NCBI GenBank assembly: GCA_036172245.1
Contig: JAYWIR010000003.1
Span: 930,001 to 994,000 of the forward strand
Direction: 5' to 3'
Length of the DNA stretch: 64,000 bases
From: Raillietiella orientalis
Lineage: Eukaryota
Shown here: positions 26,951 to 37,880 of the stretch, piece by piece
How the letters are laid out: each line of letters starts with the position of its first letter
Numbering within the stretch: the first letter of the stretch is position 1
Notes under the pieces: generated by a model
What the model was told of the DNA's origin: nothing
What the model saw: only the letters and a program-made list of their open reading frames with translations
Database searches by the model: none
Translations under genes and position numbers: made by a program

Positions 26951-27498
26951 TTTGCCGGCTTTTTCAAAAAAAAAACACACACACACAAAAAAAAAGGAAA
27001 TAAGAAAAATTCGAGGAAAATTTTTTTTTTCCCCATTCAAATTAATGCTCAGAATAGTTGTTGGAATTCTTAGAATTCGTGCTTAGAGTGGATCGTGTCA
27101 ACCGGCCACCGGTGACTGTTGCAATTCGTCTGCTTGTTCGGTTGTTTTTGTTCCCTATTTTCTTTCCGTAGTCCCCCCGTAGGTTAGCTTATCTTCACTC
27201 CTATTCTCCAGGATACGCACTCCAAATCAAGCTGGTGCTAGAGGCCACAAAAGATCTGACAGCCCCGAGTTTCTTTTTCTTTTCTTTCCTTTTCTTTTTT
27301 TTTTTTCTTTTTTTTTTTTCCGGGCCCCACTCAAGAATCCACCTCTTTTGTGTACTTCGTCTGCTCGGATGCAACTGCTGTCAGCAGATTATTATCCGAT
27401 AAGGAAATGACGAGTCGTGGATCCAGGCTCGGGAAAATAGTAATGACGAAAAAGTTGCTTTCTGCCACTAGTAATTACTCGCACCAGATTCAAACGAG

Positions 27499-27533
<35 letters not shown>

Positions 27534-28439
27534 GGAAAAGAAAAACCGAAACACGTACACACATACAAAGATGACAACAACAACAACAACAACAAATCAG
27601 TGCCTCGCACGCTGGATGTTAAAAGGCAACACTCATCTTTATTTTCACAAGAAAACATACTCGAATCCTTAAAACGTCACAAATTTTATGGTCCATTCTT
27701 AGCGGGATATCTTCGCCAAATACGAATTTTTATAGAGTACACGTGTAAATGTGCGGACGTAAATTAGCATGTACGAAGAATGCGTGACTCGTTTCTCCCG
27801 AGTTGCAAAGTCCGAAAACTTTTCTCTATCGGAGATAAATGCGGAATGTTAAGCGCATTTTCTGATTTACGGCCGTGCGGAAATTATGCCAGGAACTCGT
27901 TTGCATTGTGTATCTGATAAATAAAAGACATTAGCGCGAGGGGCCGGCAACCGTACGGAAACAACAGCCTGCAGTGTACATTTTTTGTACAGAACTCGGC
28001 GAGGCAAGCGTGGGGTGTGGGGGGGCGGGACGAGGACTTCCGGCGGAGCAAGCGGTTGCCGCTCCGATGTCGTACGGACAGGTCCCGTACAGATCCTTTC
28101 CCTCCCCCCTCCTCCCCCTTCTCGTTCGACTTATTTATATTTAATCAGGGTCGAATTATCCGAGGCAGGTTCAAGCAACTGCCCAGACCCATGATTACAG
28201 AAAAACTCCCTCTCGAGCCCCATAAATCAGTAAAAAAAAAAAAAAACAAAAAAAAAATGTAATTATTTCCATCAGTACACCTACTCTTTTGGAATACACT
28301 CCTTTTCCTTTTCTTTCTTTCTTTTGAAAGAAGAGGGGGAGTACGGATATAATGAAGTGAGTAGGGAAAAAAAAAAAATCATCAATCAATTTCAGAAGAG
28401 GTGAGACAATGGGGGTTTCATTTTCCCAAGGCCTAAATG

Positions 28440-28910
28440 CAGCATAGAAACATTGAGGCTCCGTATTTAATCCGTCTCTCTATTTGTTGGATAAACTTGG
28501 CATCCTATCCATCCATTCGTAGTCCAAACACATGGGAACTGGCTCCCGAGATTTTCGTTACTAGGTGAGTCCCTAGGATTCCCAGCTCGCGAGCCATGCT
28601 GTGGAAGGAACATCCTTCGGTTGATGTTTTAAACAAACACGGTCCTCGCAAAGAACCATCGAAGCTTAAATGCCAGCGAGTGAGACCTGTACTCGGTGTT
28701 TAGAAAGAAACCAGAAGTGATGGCACCGAGCACCAGGCGCGACCCCTCAGAGCATCGATCTACGAATGCCGTGATCTCTTTGCATCGGCACCTATTCGAA
28801 AAAGTTGTGCTGTCATGAGAGCGAAAGAGGCGGAAGAGTTTTTGTTGTTGGGAATGTTGGCTAAACCAAGTCTTAAACGGGAACTAGTAGTAGTAGTAGT
28901 AGTAGTAGTA
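28440..28910 (+). mobile_element. 3' end of a degenerate RTE-like element with a (TAG)n tail
   Basis: LFVG*TW (LLYG.ETW) and GTEHQARPLRASIYECRDLF (GKR.RGRP...W.D.IKDW), immediately followed by (TAG)8 at 28885-28910. RTE elements typically end in short tandem repeats. Confidence 0.4.
28885..28910. repeat. (TAG)n microsatellite
   Basis: Directly visible. Confidence 0.9.
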
Positions 28911-30899
28911 CCTGGTAGCCATCATATATATATATAAACATTTTTCGATCGATTTGAAACATGATTACGCTAACGAGACGACAAGCCAACACGGCGCGTT
29001 TGATTTTTGACAAGTACCCATCCTCCAAAGAAGTCAACTTTCCCACTCGGAACTTGAGCTTGGCTCTCGTTCTTCCTCCTGCTCATGATCGAAAAAACGA
29101 TCCGCTCAAAAACTTACAAGTGCGCCCATCAAATAGCAATATGGATTTCATAGATACGAAGTTCTCATTGGATCCACAGAGATTAATTACGGTGAAGATT
29201 TCAAATGTGAGGACAGCGCGGTGACGAGTGAAGAGCCCGGAAGGAAGGAGCGGCTTCTCATTCAGGCAGGTGCAACTGCACCTTGGGCCGCAGACGACGG
29301 ATTCCGGTACAGCCAGCTTTATTCCTCTGATACAAACCTTGCCTGTCTAGGAAGAACATGTGTGTGTGACCAGCATTTCGCAGGACTGCCTAATCACATA
29401 CCTAACGAGGAAGCCTCGTTTCAGAAAAACACGGAAGATGCGAGCCCTTCTCCCTAAACGCATGATTTGCAGTCTGACGGAAGTGAGCGGCTCCCAAACA
29501 CCCAGCCAAAATAAATCAAGGTATCTTTCGATCGCTAGCCGACAGCCTAACCTATTCCCCGGGATGGAAGATTCCCATTCCTTGATCCAAACTCATCATC
29601 AAGCATCGTTGGAGGGAGTGAGGATTGCAATTTGCCGGCGGAATTCAAATCATTGCAGTCAGAGTACTTCTTTCAGCGGATTCAGTGATTTTGAAACTCT
29701 GCTCTTGCCGATGCTGAAAGCACACGAATACCAGACTTGGGTTGTTCCTCGGGGAATCGCAATTTTCGACTTGCCATGTTCCTGATGGATCCACAATTGT
29801 TTCATCGACTTGAAAAATTAAAGGAAGAACTGAATGATTACCGGTTCCTTGCTTCCTTTTATGTTTCTAAAGTCGTAGAAGTCCTTTCTTTCCGGTTTAG
29901 CTTTTGTGCCTTTGCTGACTCCGCAGTCAGGTGCCAAACCACGGCTTATTTGGAAAGCTCCACTAAAACTGCCGGCGTTATTCCTAGCAGCATGAGCATT
30001 ATAAAAAGTCATCCACAAAACGTTATGCCTTCCACTTGAAAAGAATGCTGTTCTTACATGACACCAGTACAAGTCTTCATCTGTCCAGAATGTGTTTCAC
30101 CTGTTGACTCTGAAACAGACGCATGAAGTTTACATTTCCCGGATTTTCACTCACTTCTCACAAATACACGTTTCCCACACATGAGGGCTCCAAATGATTT
30201 TCACGCTTTGACTCAAAGGTTCTTTTATGGTTACATCAGATGTAAGAAATATAATGAAATTCGTTAGGCTGCATTTCTTTTGGTCCACTAATGTGATTTC
30301 GAAGGAAGCACGAATAGGCTGCAATATTCCCACATCAAGACAAAGCTTATGTTTTAACTGATCTCACAAAGAGCGTAACTTCTCTCTGCTAATGATAGAG
30401 CGATGTAAAATCAAGGAATAAGAAATAAGATTCTGAAGCTGGGTGGAGTTCAGACAAAAGTTATATGCAGGTATGAAGAGAAGTCGAAACAGAATCAATC
30501 TGTGTACAGCAGTGTAATTGCTTTGAAGTTATTTCGTTCTTTTGTTACAAAATTGAGCAGCACCCGGTAGATTATTAAGCTGGTGCTTTTGTTTCAGCTT
30601 CTGCATGCATGGAACCAGCACCTCATTCTTATTTTTAATCAGCTTCTTGCAAATGGCGTAACAGTTGGCCATTCTAGAATCTTCATGATTCACAGAAGCT
30701 TTCTTGGAGATCTGTGGGCAGCATTTTTCGTGACTTTAAAACTGGAAATTGCTTCCTTTAAAAGCACAATTTTCAGTTTCAACGGCACTTTAATTTCCAT
30801 TTTGTGCTGTTTGTTTATTTTCGATATGAAGAATGTAATCAATGGATTCTTGGAAACTGTCACTTCATTCATGCTTTCATTTATCCTTTGTGGCACATC

Positions 30900-32050
30900 A
30901 TCCTGGAATTTTCAACATCCACGTTGTCGTTCAGTTTTTATATCGATAAGCTTAACACATCTGGGAGCCCAGTTTGTCTTGTCCGCACATAGTTACAGAG
31001 AATGCAAACGATTCCCTTCGGGTTCCTAAGGCATCCATCGATGAAGAAAACAGCAGTAGAAAACATTGAAAAGGAAGTTTAATTTCATCGGAGATGGAGG
31101 TTTCTGAAGAAGCAATCGATGCAACTTGAAACCAAAAGTTTAGGAGGAGGCATTATGAGCATTCCAAAAATTGTTTGCAAACCAAATGCTTGCTCTGAAT
31201 CTGCAATGTGAGCCAGGAACAAGTTACACATTAAGCAAAATTTGGAGGTACAACTTTGGGGAAGTTTAAAGAGCATTATCAGGAAAAAATGAACTACCTT
31301 TAAAAGATTACCATACCCATTAAGTGGTGATGAGTCTTTATGTGAACTTATGGTGATGGCACACATTTTAACTGAAACTTATTTATTCCAATGCCATGAA
31401 AATTTTAGCAGTGTTTTACGACGGCTTTGTAATTTTTAAAGTAAAATAATCTTATGATGGACCACCTATTTGCAGAACATTTTTCTCTGTAAATGGGCGA
31501 AATTAAAGATACAGGGTCCATTACTGAGGAAAAGAGGTATACAGTGACAACTACTGTGCTGATTTTGATTATTTCAAGAACGACACATACAAGTTGCCTA
31601 GGTCCATGGTTACATAAGTGAGTTCCAAAATCAAAGTTTCTGTCATTCACATTTAAAGATCTTGTAAACTCATCATTTTGCCTGACAGGTGTACAGTTCT
31701 GATAATGGACAAATGAATCTTCCATTCCGGATAAAACAGATAACAAGCTTCAGCACCCCCGTGCTTGTAATAAAAGTTACTCATGTTGAAAGAATCTCCT
31801 TCTGTATTTTTAAAAAATACCAAACCATTAAGTAAGAGAAGATAGTTTCATACTGTGGAAGCTATGCAAAACTCGTATTTGACATATACATGAATTCAAT
31901 TTTCTGTAAGATTATTAAAATATTGGGAAGCAATGCAAGCTCATTGGAGATTGATGTAATATTTGGAATAGTAATTCTTCACTCCAAACAGTGTTGGACT
32001 ATTTCGTAATCCATCAGCTCATCATCAATTGCTCATAAAAAGTGGCCGCT
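30900..32050 (-). mobile_element. Degenerate P-element/THAP9-like transposase relic
   Basis: Minus-strand echoes in the right order: NLTEN*IH and FHSMKLS (KLT..HI; F.KMKV.LA), TPVRQNDEFTRSLNV (T..FVR..ND.FD.LNS), YLFSSVMDP...YREKCSANRW...FKNYKAVV (YLLT....QD..E..F..IR...G.N..P...F...YK), CLMCNLFL...GMLIMPP (C..C...L...GGL..PS). Many stops and frameshifts. Confidence 0.45.
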
Positions 32051-35000
32051 CAAGTATCTTCGATTCCTAAAATAATGTCAATATCCACAAAAAAACTTGA
32101 CAGTTGTAGTTCCATAGATGAGTAAAATTTAATCAACAACAACAAAAAAACGACAAGAAAACAAATAGGAAAGAAAAAGAAACAGTAGCAATTTGCTAAT
32201 GCTGAAACGTAATGCATGTAATTGCATGCCAGAATGCCTTCTAACACTTTCATTTATGCGTTCAAATGACCAACTCGCTCTTATACCAGTTTTTCGTCAT
32301 TTGCAATGCATTGTGGGAAAGAAGGTGGGAAAAATAGCCTCGTGTCATTCAACTTTCCTAAGGGTTAACGAAGGGACATGGCGGGGTGTGTTTATTTTGA
32401 TAGTGCTTAGATGTGCACTTAAAGCATATTACTTCGCAAAAGCCATCGATTATTTTATTTCGTTAGTGCAATGTTATGTTCGAATATGTGGTTGATTAAT
32501 AATTTTCTGCTCCTCCAATTATTGAAATGTCATATTGAAGGGTGTAGGTCTTATGAAATTTATTTATCTGATAATACTGCAAGCTGTTTCTATACATAAA
32601 TCTCGATTGCATTATCACGGTGAGCTTGTTTATTGTATATAGGATGTTTTTTGAAAAATTCCCATTTTGATGCCATGTTTTTTATAAGTTGGTTTTTCTT
32701 AGTTTTTAACCGATGAAAACTGGAAAACCAAGTGCAAACACCCTCGTGGCCAGTATGTAATTTGTTCGTTGGAGTATCTGTTTAACGAATCTGATTTTCA
32801 TGAATTTTGCGTGCAGTGGAGTTGAAATTAATTAAGAGAGCAAATAAAAATTGTAATTATTTTCAAAATTTAAATTTTTTCGTAGTTATTAGAACAAGTC
32901 GTAGATCCAGAAGTGTAAAGCATTGGTAAAATGTGATATTTCGATTTGTAGGTGTGTAATTTTTTTGAACCCTTTGCTAACATCATTTCTCGTTCAAATA
33001 AACTGAAGTGTTGCTTATGCAACACCAGCAGTGTAGCAAATCCGGACTGTAGCATGTAAAACTTATTATTTGTTGCAGTGGATTGCTTCACAAGGATTTG
33101 TGGTTGTACTTATATGCACTTAAAAAAAAATTCCAGTCGTTGTGTTTGATCTCAAATCATATGTAATTTTTGAGTCAGACTTAATAAATAGTGTTTGCCC
33201 ATTTCATGCCATAAAAAAACTTTTGACGCCTTAACTTTTAAAAAACATTATTTCATTTGGAAAATTGTGTGATTGATTAATATACACAATCATTAATGTC
33301 TGTAACTTTTTTTGAAAGTTCACTATTTCACTCAAGTTTTCAAATTTTTATCGAAGAATCCAGTTCCTAAAAGAATTCAGAAAAGAATGAATGTACAAAA
33401 ATGTAATTGAGAAAGCACTGTTCACTGTAATTTGCCGAAGATTCTCAAAGTCTAAGTGTTATTAGAGTGTTGGAAATTACATCATTCAGAGTATTTGGAG
33501 TCTTGTGTATTAAATTTTTCATTTTTCTGTAAGTTAAACAAGGATCAAAAATTATGATATATGTACATGTATTTCTTTATTTATAGATAGATACATCTAT
33601 AGATATATATGCTGTGGTATCACCACAACAGTTGCATTTCTTGTTTTATCAAAAGCTTTCTTTGCTTAAATAAATGTTGACCGAATTGGAAAATGATTGA
33701 AAAAAAGGTATTCAAGAAATCTTATTAATTTAGAGAGTTTGTTTATGCTAAAGATCAATAATACTTAATGTGTCTCAATGAAATGTAAACTGCCAATGAT
33801 TAAAAAATCACTGGCTGCTTTTCATCTAAGTACTTTGTGGATCAGTTAAAGAGTAACATGAAAGGTACCAAACGGTTATGTTTTGTACTAGACTGAGGTG
33901 ATCTAAATAACAAAGGCGTTGCTGAAATGTGCATGTGTGCATAAGTGTTTCAAAAATTATTTGTGTGTACAGAGGTGAGAGTCTAATAATGCCCGTATAT
34001 ATCGATGGGGAATTTTTGGTATTCAGACATGAAAATAATGTAAGCTGCATGTAAAAATACTAAAATAATATATTTTGCACAATTACGAATGCGTTTATGT
34101 GTGCATTCTGTTGATGCAGGCTGTTTTGTGATGGGTGTTAAACATTTTGCATGCCTTTGTGGATGTGTGTTCTTCACTCTTCATGGTTTGCATTCCGGAA
34201 AATTCCGCAGTATTCATATATAATTCAAGTATGATATCTTAAAGTCTCTAGGTTGAAACATTCGTTTTAAGATCCAAATATATGTGCTTTATTTACTTGG
34301 TACATACTTATGTTGTGCAAAAGAATTTTTAAATGATCGATACAATTCATTGGATCTGGATTCCTCTTTACTTTCATTAAACGCATGATACATCATAGAA
34401 TTATGCAGAAACATGCAACAAAGCTTTCAAAGTTTGCTTTTAATTAAATAATGAAATAGACTACAACTCATTTCATATTAGAGCTTCTGAAAAAGGAAAA
34501 GACTTATATGCATTGCCTTAAGGGTTGCAGAGTGCTTAGTAATCAAGACTTTGGTGTACAGTGTGCATGTTTCATTGTATTCTAACAAAAAGAAAGATTC
34601 GTGGCTTAGTTCATATTGTAAAAAAATTACATTCATTTAGATTTCTAATGGAAAGATGTGGTTGAAGATAAGTGGATTAAGACTAAAAGATTAAATGTTT
34701 TGGTTTTCATTGCATGACACTTGATATCTATGAACAAGCTTTATTCAGTGTAATGTCTATTTCCTTGTTAGTGGATTTGTTTGCATCAAATGAATGTGTA
34801 TTATTTGTTGCAAAAGAAGCAGCATAGGGGATATTCATTATCCTAGTAAAAGAGTTACAATATTTATGCGCATATTGTTATGTGTTAAGCAAGATCATGT
34901 CAATGTATGGGTTACTCACCATCTGTAGTTCCATTTACAGTTCACTTTACACTGGGTGATTAAGGAAACATTGATTGTTAAAGTAAAATCATTACATCAG

Positions 35001-35120
35001 ACTACCTAATATTAATTTTTGTAATGTTGGGATACTTTTAGTTTCTAAAAAAAAATTGTTTCTGTTCCGATTTTGGGGGTGAAAAAAAAACAATTCTTAA
35101 ATTAGTTTTCCATTATGTAG

Positions 35121-35145
35121 TATCTCCTTAGAAGCTTTAAAGCAG
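35121..35145 (+). other. Candidate 25-nt non-coding (5' UTR) exon of the BTB-ZF gene
   Basis: ttttccattatgTAG|tatctccttagaagctttaaagcag|GTAAGT, with a perfect donor, upstream of the 36383 acceptor. An alternative AG at 35130-35131 would give a 14-nt exon. Confidence 0.4.
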
Positions 35146-36458
35146 GTAAGTAAACGATGTTTACGTTTTCATTTTAATGAGCATTTTGATTCCGTAACTC
35201 AGTACAATAACAATTAGGAGCACAAAGGCAACTACAATACAGATAAGGAAATAAAAGATAATGCAGATCTTTCTAAGCCATTATTACTCCAAATCTGAAC
35301 AATATTGCAACCCATAAATATGGGGAGCCCCCAAAATGGCAAATTTGTTTTGAATTTTTAAAAGTTTGATGTTTTGGCAAAGATTGCGAGTTTTACATTC
35401 TCTTGATGGTAATTTAGATAGCTAAGTAGTAATACTTTCAGCACATAAACTTGATCAGGATCAAATGAAAGCTTTAGAGATGTAAAAATTGTCAAGTTCA
35501 CCCTAGTTTGAGCACTTTTTTCTTAGAGTCAATTCGAATTTGTGTCAATTTGAATCATACTTTAAGAGTAAATACAAAATTCTTTTTATATGCATTTTTT
35601 CTTGATTACTGATGTTCATGGAATTAATATTAGTGTCAAGATTGCATCATTCTTTCATGATGATTTTAAACATAGAACCTTTAAAAAAGGTAAATGCTTT
35701 TTCAGTGAATCAAGATAAATTACACATTAAGCATAAGACTTGTTTGTTAATTAATGTAATTGTAAAACATCCCATTCAAGTCGGAGCAAGCAAGTGTTTT
35801 TTTTCCCCCCCCCCATTATATTGTGCATATGTTGTGCACAGCAAGGCACATTAAATGAAAGTGAATGTTAGCCTGCACATTTGTTTGCTGAAATCAGTGT
35901 CCATGCTCACATTTACTAAGTACCTATTGTGCTGATAGTAACTAGTACCTATTAATCTTTTCAAAAGAGATTTCTATAACAGAGAAGCTTCCAAGGACAC
36001 AAATATCAAATTCTGCCAAGATTGCACCAATATTGTGCCATATATGCATATCTGTGGGCTCTTACATTACCACACATTAGTTTTTTGATTCAATATACAG
36101 GGTTAAAATTTATGGGATAATTGCCTTGACGAAGGCTACAAGTGTGTTTATGTTTTATGTGTGCACTTGTATTCCTCTAGTGTTTGCAAACATTCTGCAC
36201 TTGCCAACCTTATTCCTTGTGTTTGCTTTTAACATATAAGAGGCATTATTACATTTTGAATTTATTCCATAAGTTATACAGGCTTACATTAGCATAGGGA
36301 TAGAGACTTTTCACTGTGTGTATCTATTGGGGTGGAAGATGTAAGTGGTATTGTAATTCACTTATGTGTTTGTTTCCAATTAGAATAGTAGTCAACTTTG
36401 CCCGGTGCTAGCAGCATGCTATGTGCATTGCATGCATAAGTGAATCTGCCCGGTAACA

Positions 36459-37880
36459 ATGAGTGCAGAGGAATTTCTCTTAAAGTGGAACAGTCATCAG
36501 TCCAGCATCATTGAGGTGTTTGATGAGATGCTGGAGAAACAAACATTTGTTGATGTTACCCTCTCCTGTGAAGATAGGAACTTTGTAGCACATAAAATGA
36601 TCCTTTCTGCTTGTAGTTCCTATTTTAAGGAACTGTTTCTCAAGCATCCCTGTGCCCATCCGGTCATCTTCTTGAAAGATGTCAATAGCAAAGATCTAGA
36701 TGCTTTACTGAGATTCTTATATAAAGGTGAAGTGAACATACGACAAGAGGACCTGGGATCCTTATTGACACTGGCTAAAAGCTTGAAAGTCAAGGGTCTT
36801 ATTGATGTGAATGCTCCGCGTGATGGACAGCAACCCGAAACAAACGATGAAGAGACAGTACCTTTAAGTGAGGCAGAATTCAAAAGCTGCATTACTAGTA
36901 CTCCCATTTCAAACCGGAGTGTTTCTCGAAAGAAAATCAAAGATATTGCAGATATCTTGTCACGTCGGAAAATTCTAGCAGAAAATGATGCCAAACAAAT
37001 TGATCCACCATCCACCTGTCCAGCTGATTGTGTCAGAAACCAGGTGGACAACTGGGTAAAGTTGGCTGCTTCCTGGGTTGCTCACTGGGGCAACTGGCTT
37101 CAGCCTATCAAAGAGGAGCCTGAGGAGGAATCATGGCACAAGACAGCATTTAAAAAAATACGACGAGATGACTGTTGTAGCAGTGTAGATGACGTATTTT
37201 CCTGTGGGCTGGACACCAGTATGGATGAGTGCCGCAGCCAATCCTCCAGTTGGGTAAGTCTTCCATTCTCAGTTCTTGGCTGCAAGAAAGATTTGCAGTT
37301 GCCAATGGGACATCTAGTTGACTCTCCATCTCACAACATTCCACTATATTTGTCTGTAATGGGAGAATCCCGAGGTGGATCTCCCTATCTGCGTGCCAAA
37401 CACATGTCTGATACTGGTGGCCCAGAAGAAGAAATCAAATGTGACATCTGCAAGAAGCAATTCTCCAGTAAAACACACCTTCGTCGGCATAGCCTCATCC
37501 ATAGTGGAGTCAAACCCTTTGCCTGTACTGTTTGTTCCAAGAAATTCTACCGTCCCGATCATCTGAAGGTGCACATGAAGACCCATAGCCGTGTAAAGGA
37601 GTTTGAGTGTCGCTTCTGTGATCACCGTTTTGTGTCCAAGCAGAGTCTGGAGAACCACACATTCAACTCATGTCCAGCTCGGCCAGAAGAAGAAGCCCCT
37701 CCCAGGTGTTGCAACAGCAATTCATCTGCATCCGAATTGTGTGGGGCTCCACCACTTGATGAAGGGTCTTTCATGAGAGAGGATGACGAAGAGATAATGG
37801 TGGAAGGGCAAAGTTCTGAAGAAGGGGCTGTTGACTTAGCTCCCATTCGACTCCCTCCTGAGGCATCACACTCTTCCTAA
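36459..37880 (+). CDS. Tramtrack/bric-a-brac-type BTB/POZ domain zinc-finger transcription factor (BTB + 2 C2H2 + 1 C2HC finger)
   Basis: Open 473-aa ORF. The N-terminus FLLKWNSHQSSI...FVDVTLSCEDRNFVAHKMILSACSSYFKELF...HPVIFLKDV...LLRFLYKGEVNIRQEDLGSLLTLAKSLKVKGL is a canonical ttk-group BTB. The C-terminus has CDICKKQFSSKTHLRRHSLIH-SGVKPFA-CTVCSKKFYRPDHLKVHMKTH and CRFCDHRFVSKQSLENHTFNSC. A splice acceptor (tgtttccaatTAG) ends at 36383, before the ATG. Two probable in-frame introns (37056-37103, 37254-37298) would give a 442-aa spliced product. Specific orthologue not recognised. Confidence 0.95.
   Translation: MSAEEFLLKWNSHQSSIIEVFDEMLEKQTFVDVTLSCEDRNFVAHKMILSACSSYFKELFLKHPCAHPVIFLKDVNSKDLDALLRFLYKGEVNIRQEDLGSLLTLAKSLKVKGLIDVNAPRDGQQPETNDEETVPLSEAEFKSCITSTPISNRSVSRKKIKDIADILSRRKILAENDAKQIDPPSTCPADCVRNQVDNWVKLAASWVAHWGNWLQPIKEEPEEESWHKTAFKKIRRDDCCSSVDDVFSCGLDTSMDECRSQSSSWVSLPFSVLGCKKDLQLPMGHLVDSPSHNIPLYLSVMGESRGGSPYLRAKHMSDTGGPEEEIKCDICKKQFSSKTHLRRHSLIHSGVKPFACTVCSKKFYRPDHLKVHMKTHSRVKEFECRFCDHRFVSKQSLENHTFNSCPARPEEEAPPRCCNSNSSASELCGAPPLDEGSFMREDDEEIMVEGQSSEEGAVDLAPIRLPPEASHSS

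Noticed and set aside
1..27000. Many overlapping 150-460 aa ORFs on both strands (e.g. 109-1224, 2205-3365, 7624-8838, 8192-9577, 19605-20822)
   Set aside because: Arg/Pro/Gly/Ala-rich, overlapping in several frames, running through microsatellites and lacking recognisable domains. Expected from stop-codon scarcity in GC-rich DNA.
28555..28570. TAG|GTGAGT possible recursive site or first-exon donor
   Set aside because: It falls inside the RTE-like relic and no host exon can be identified.
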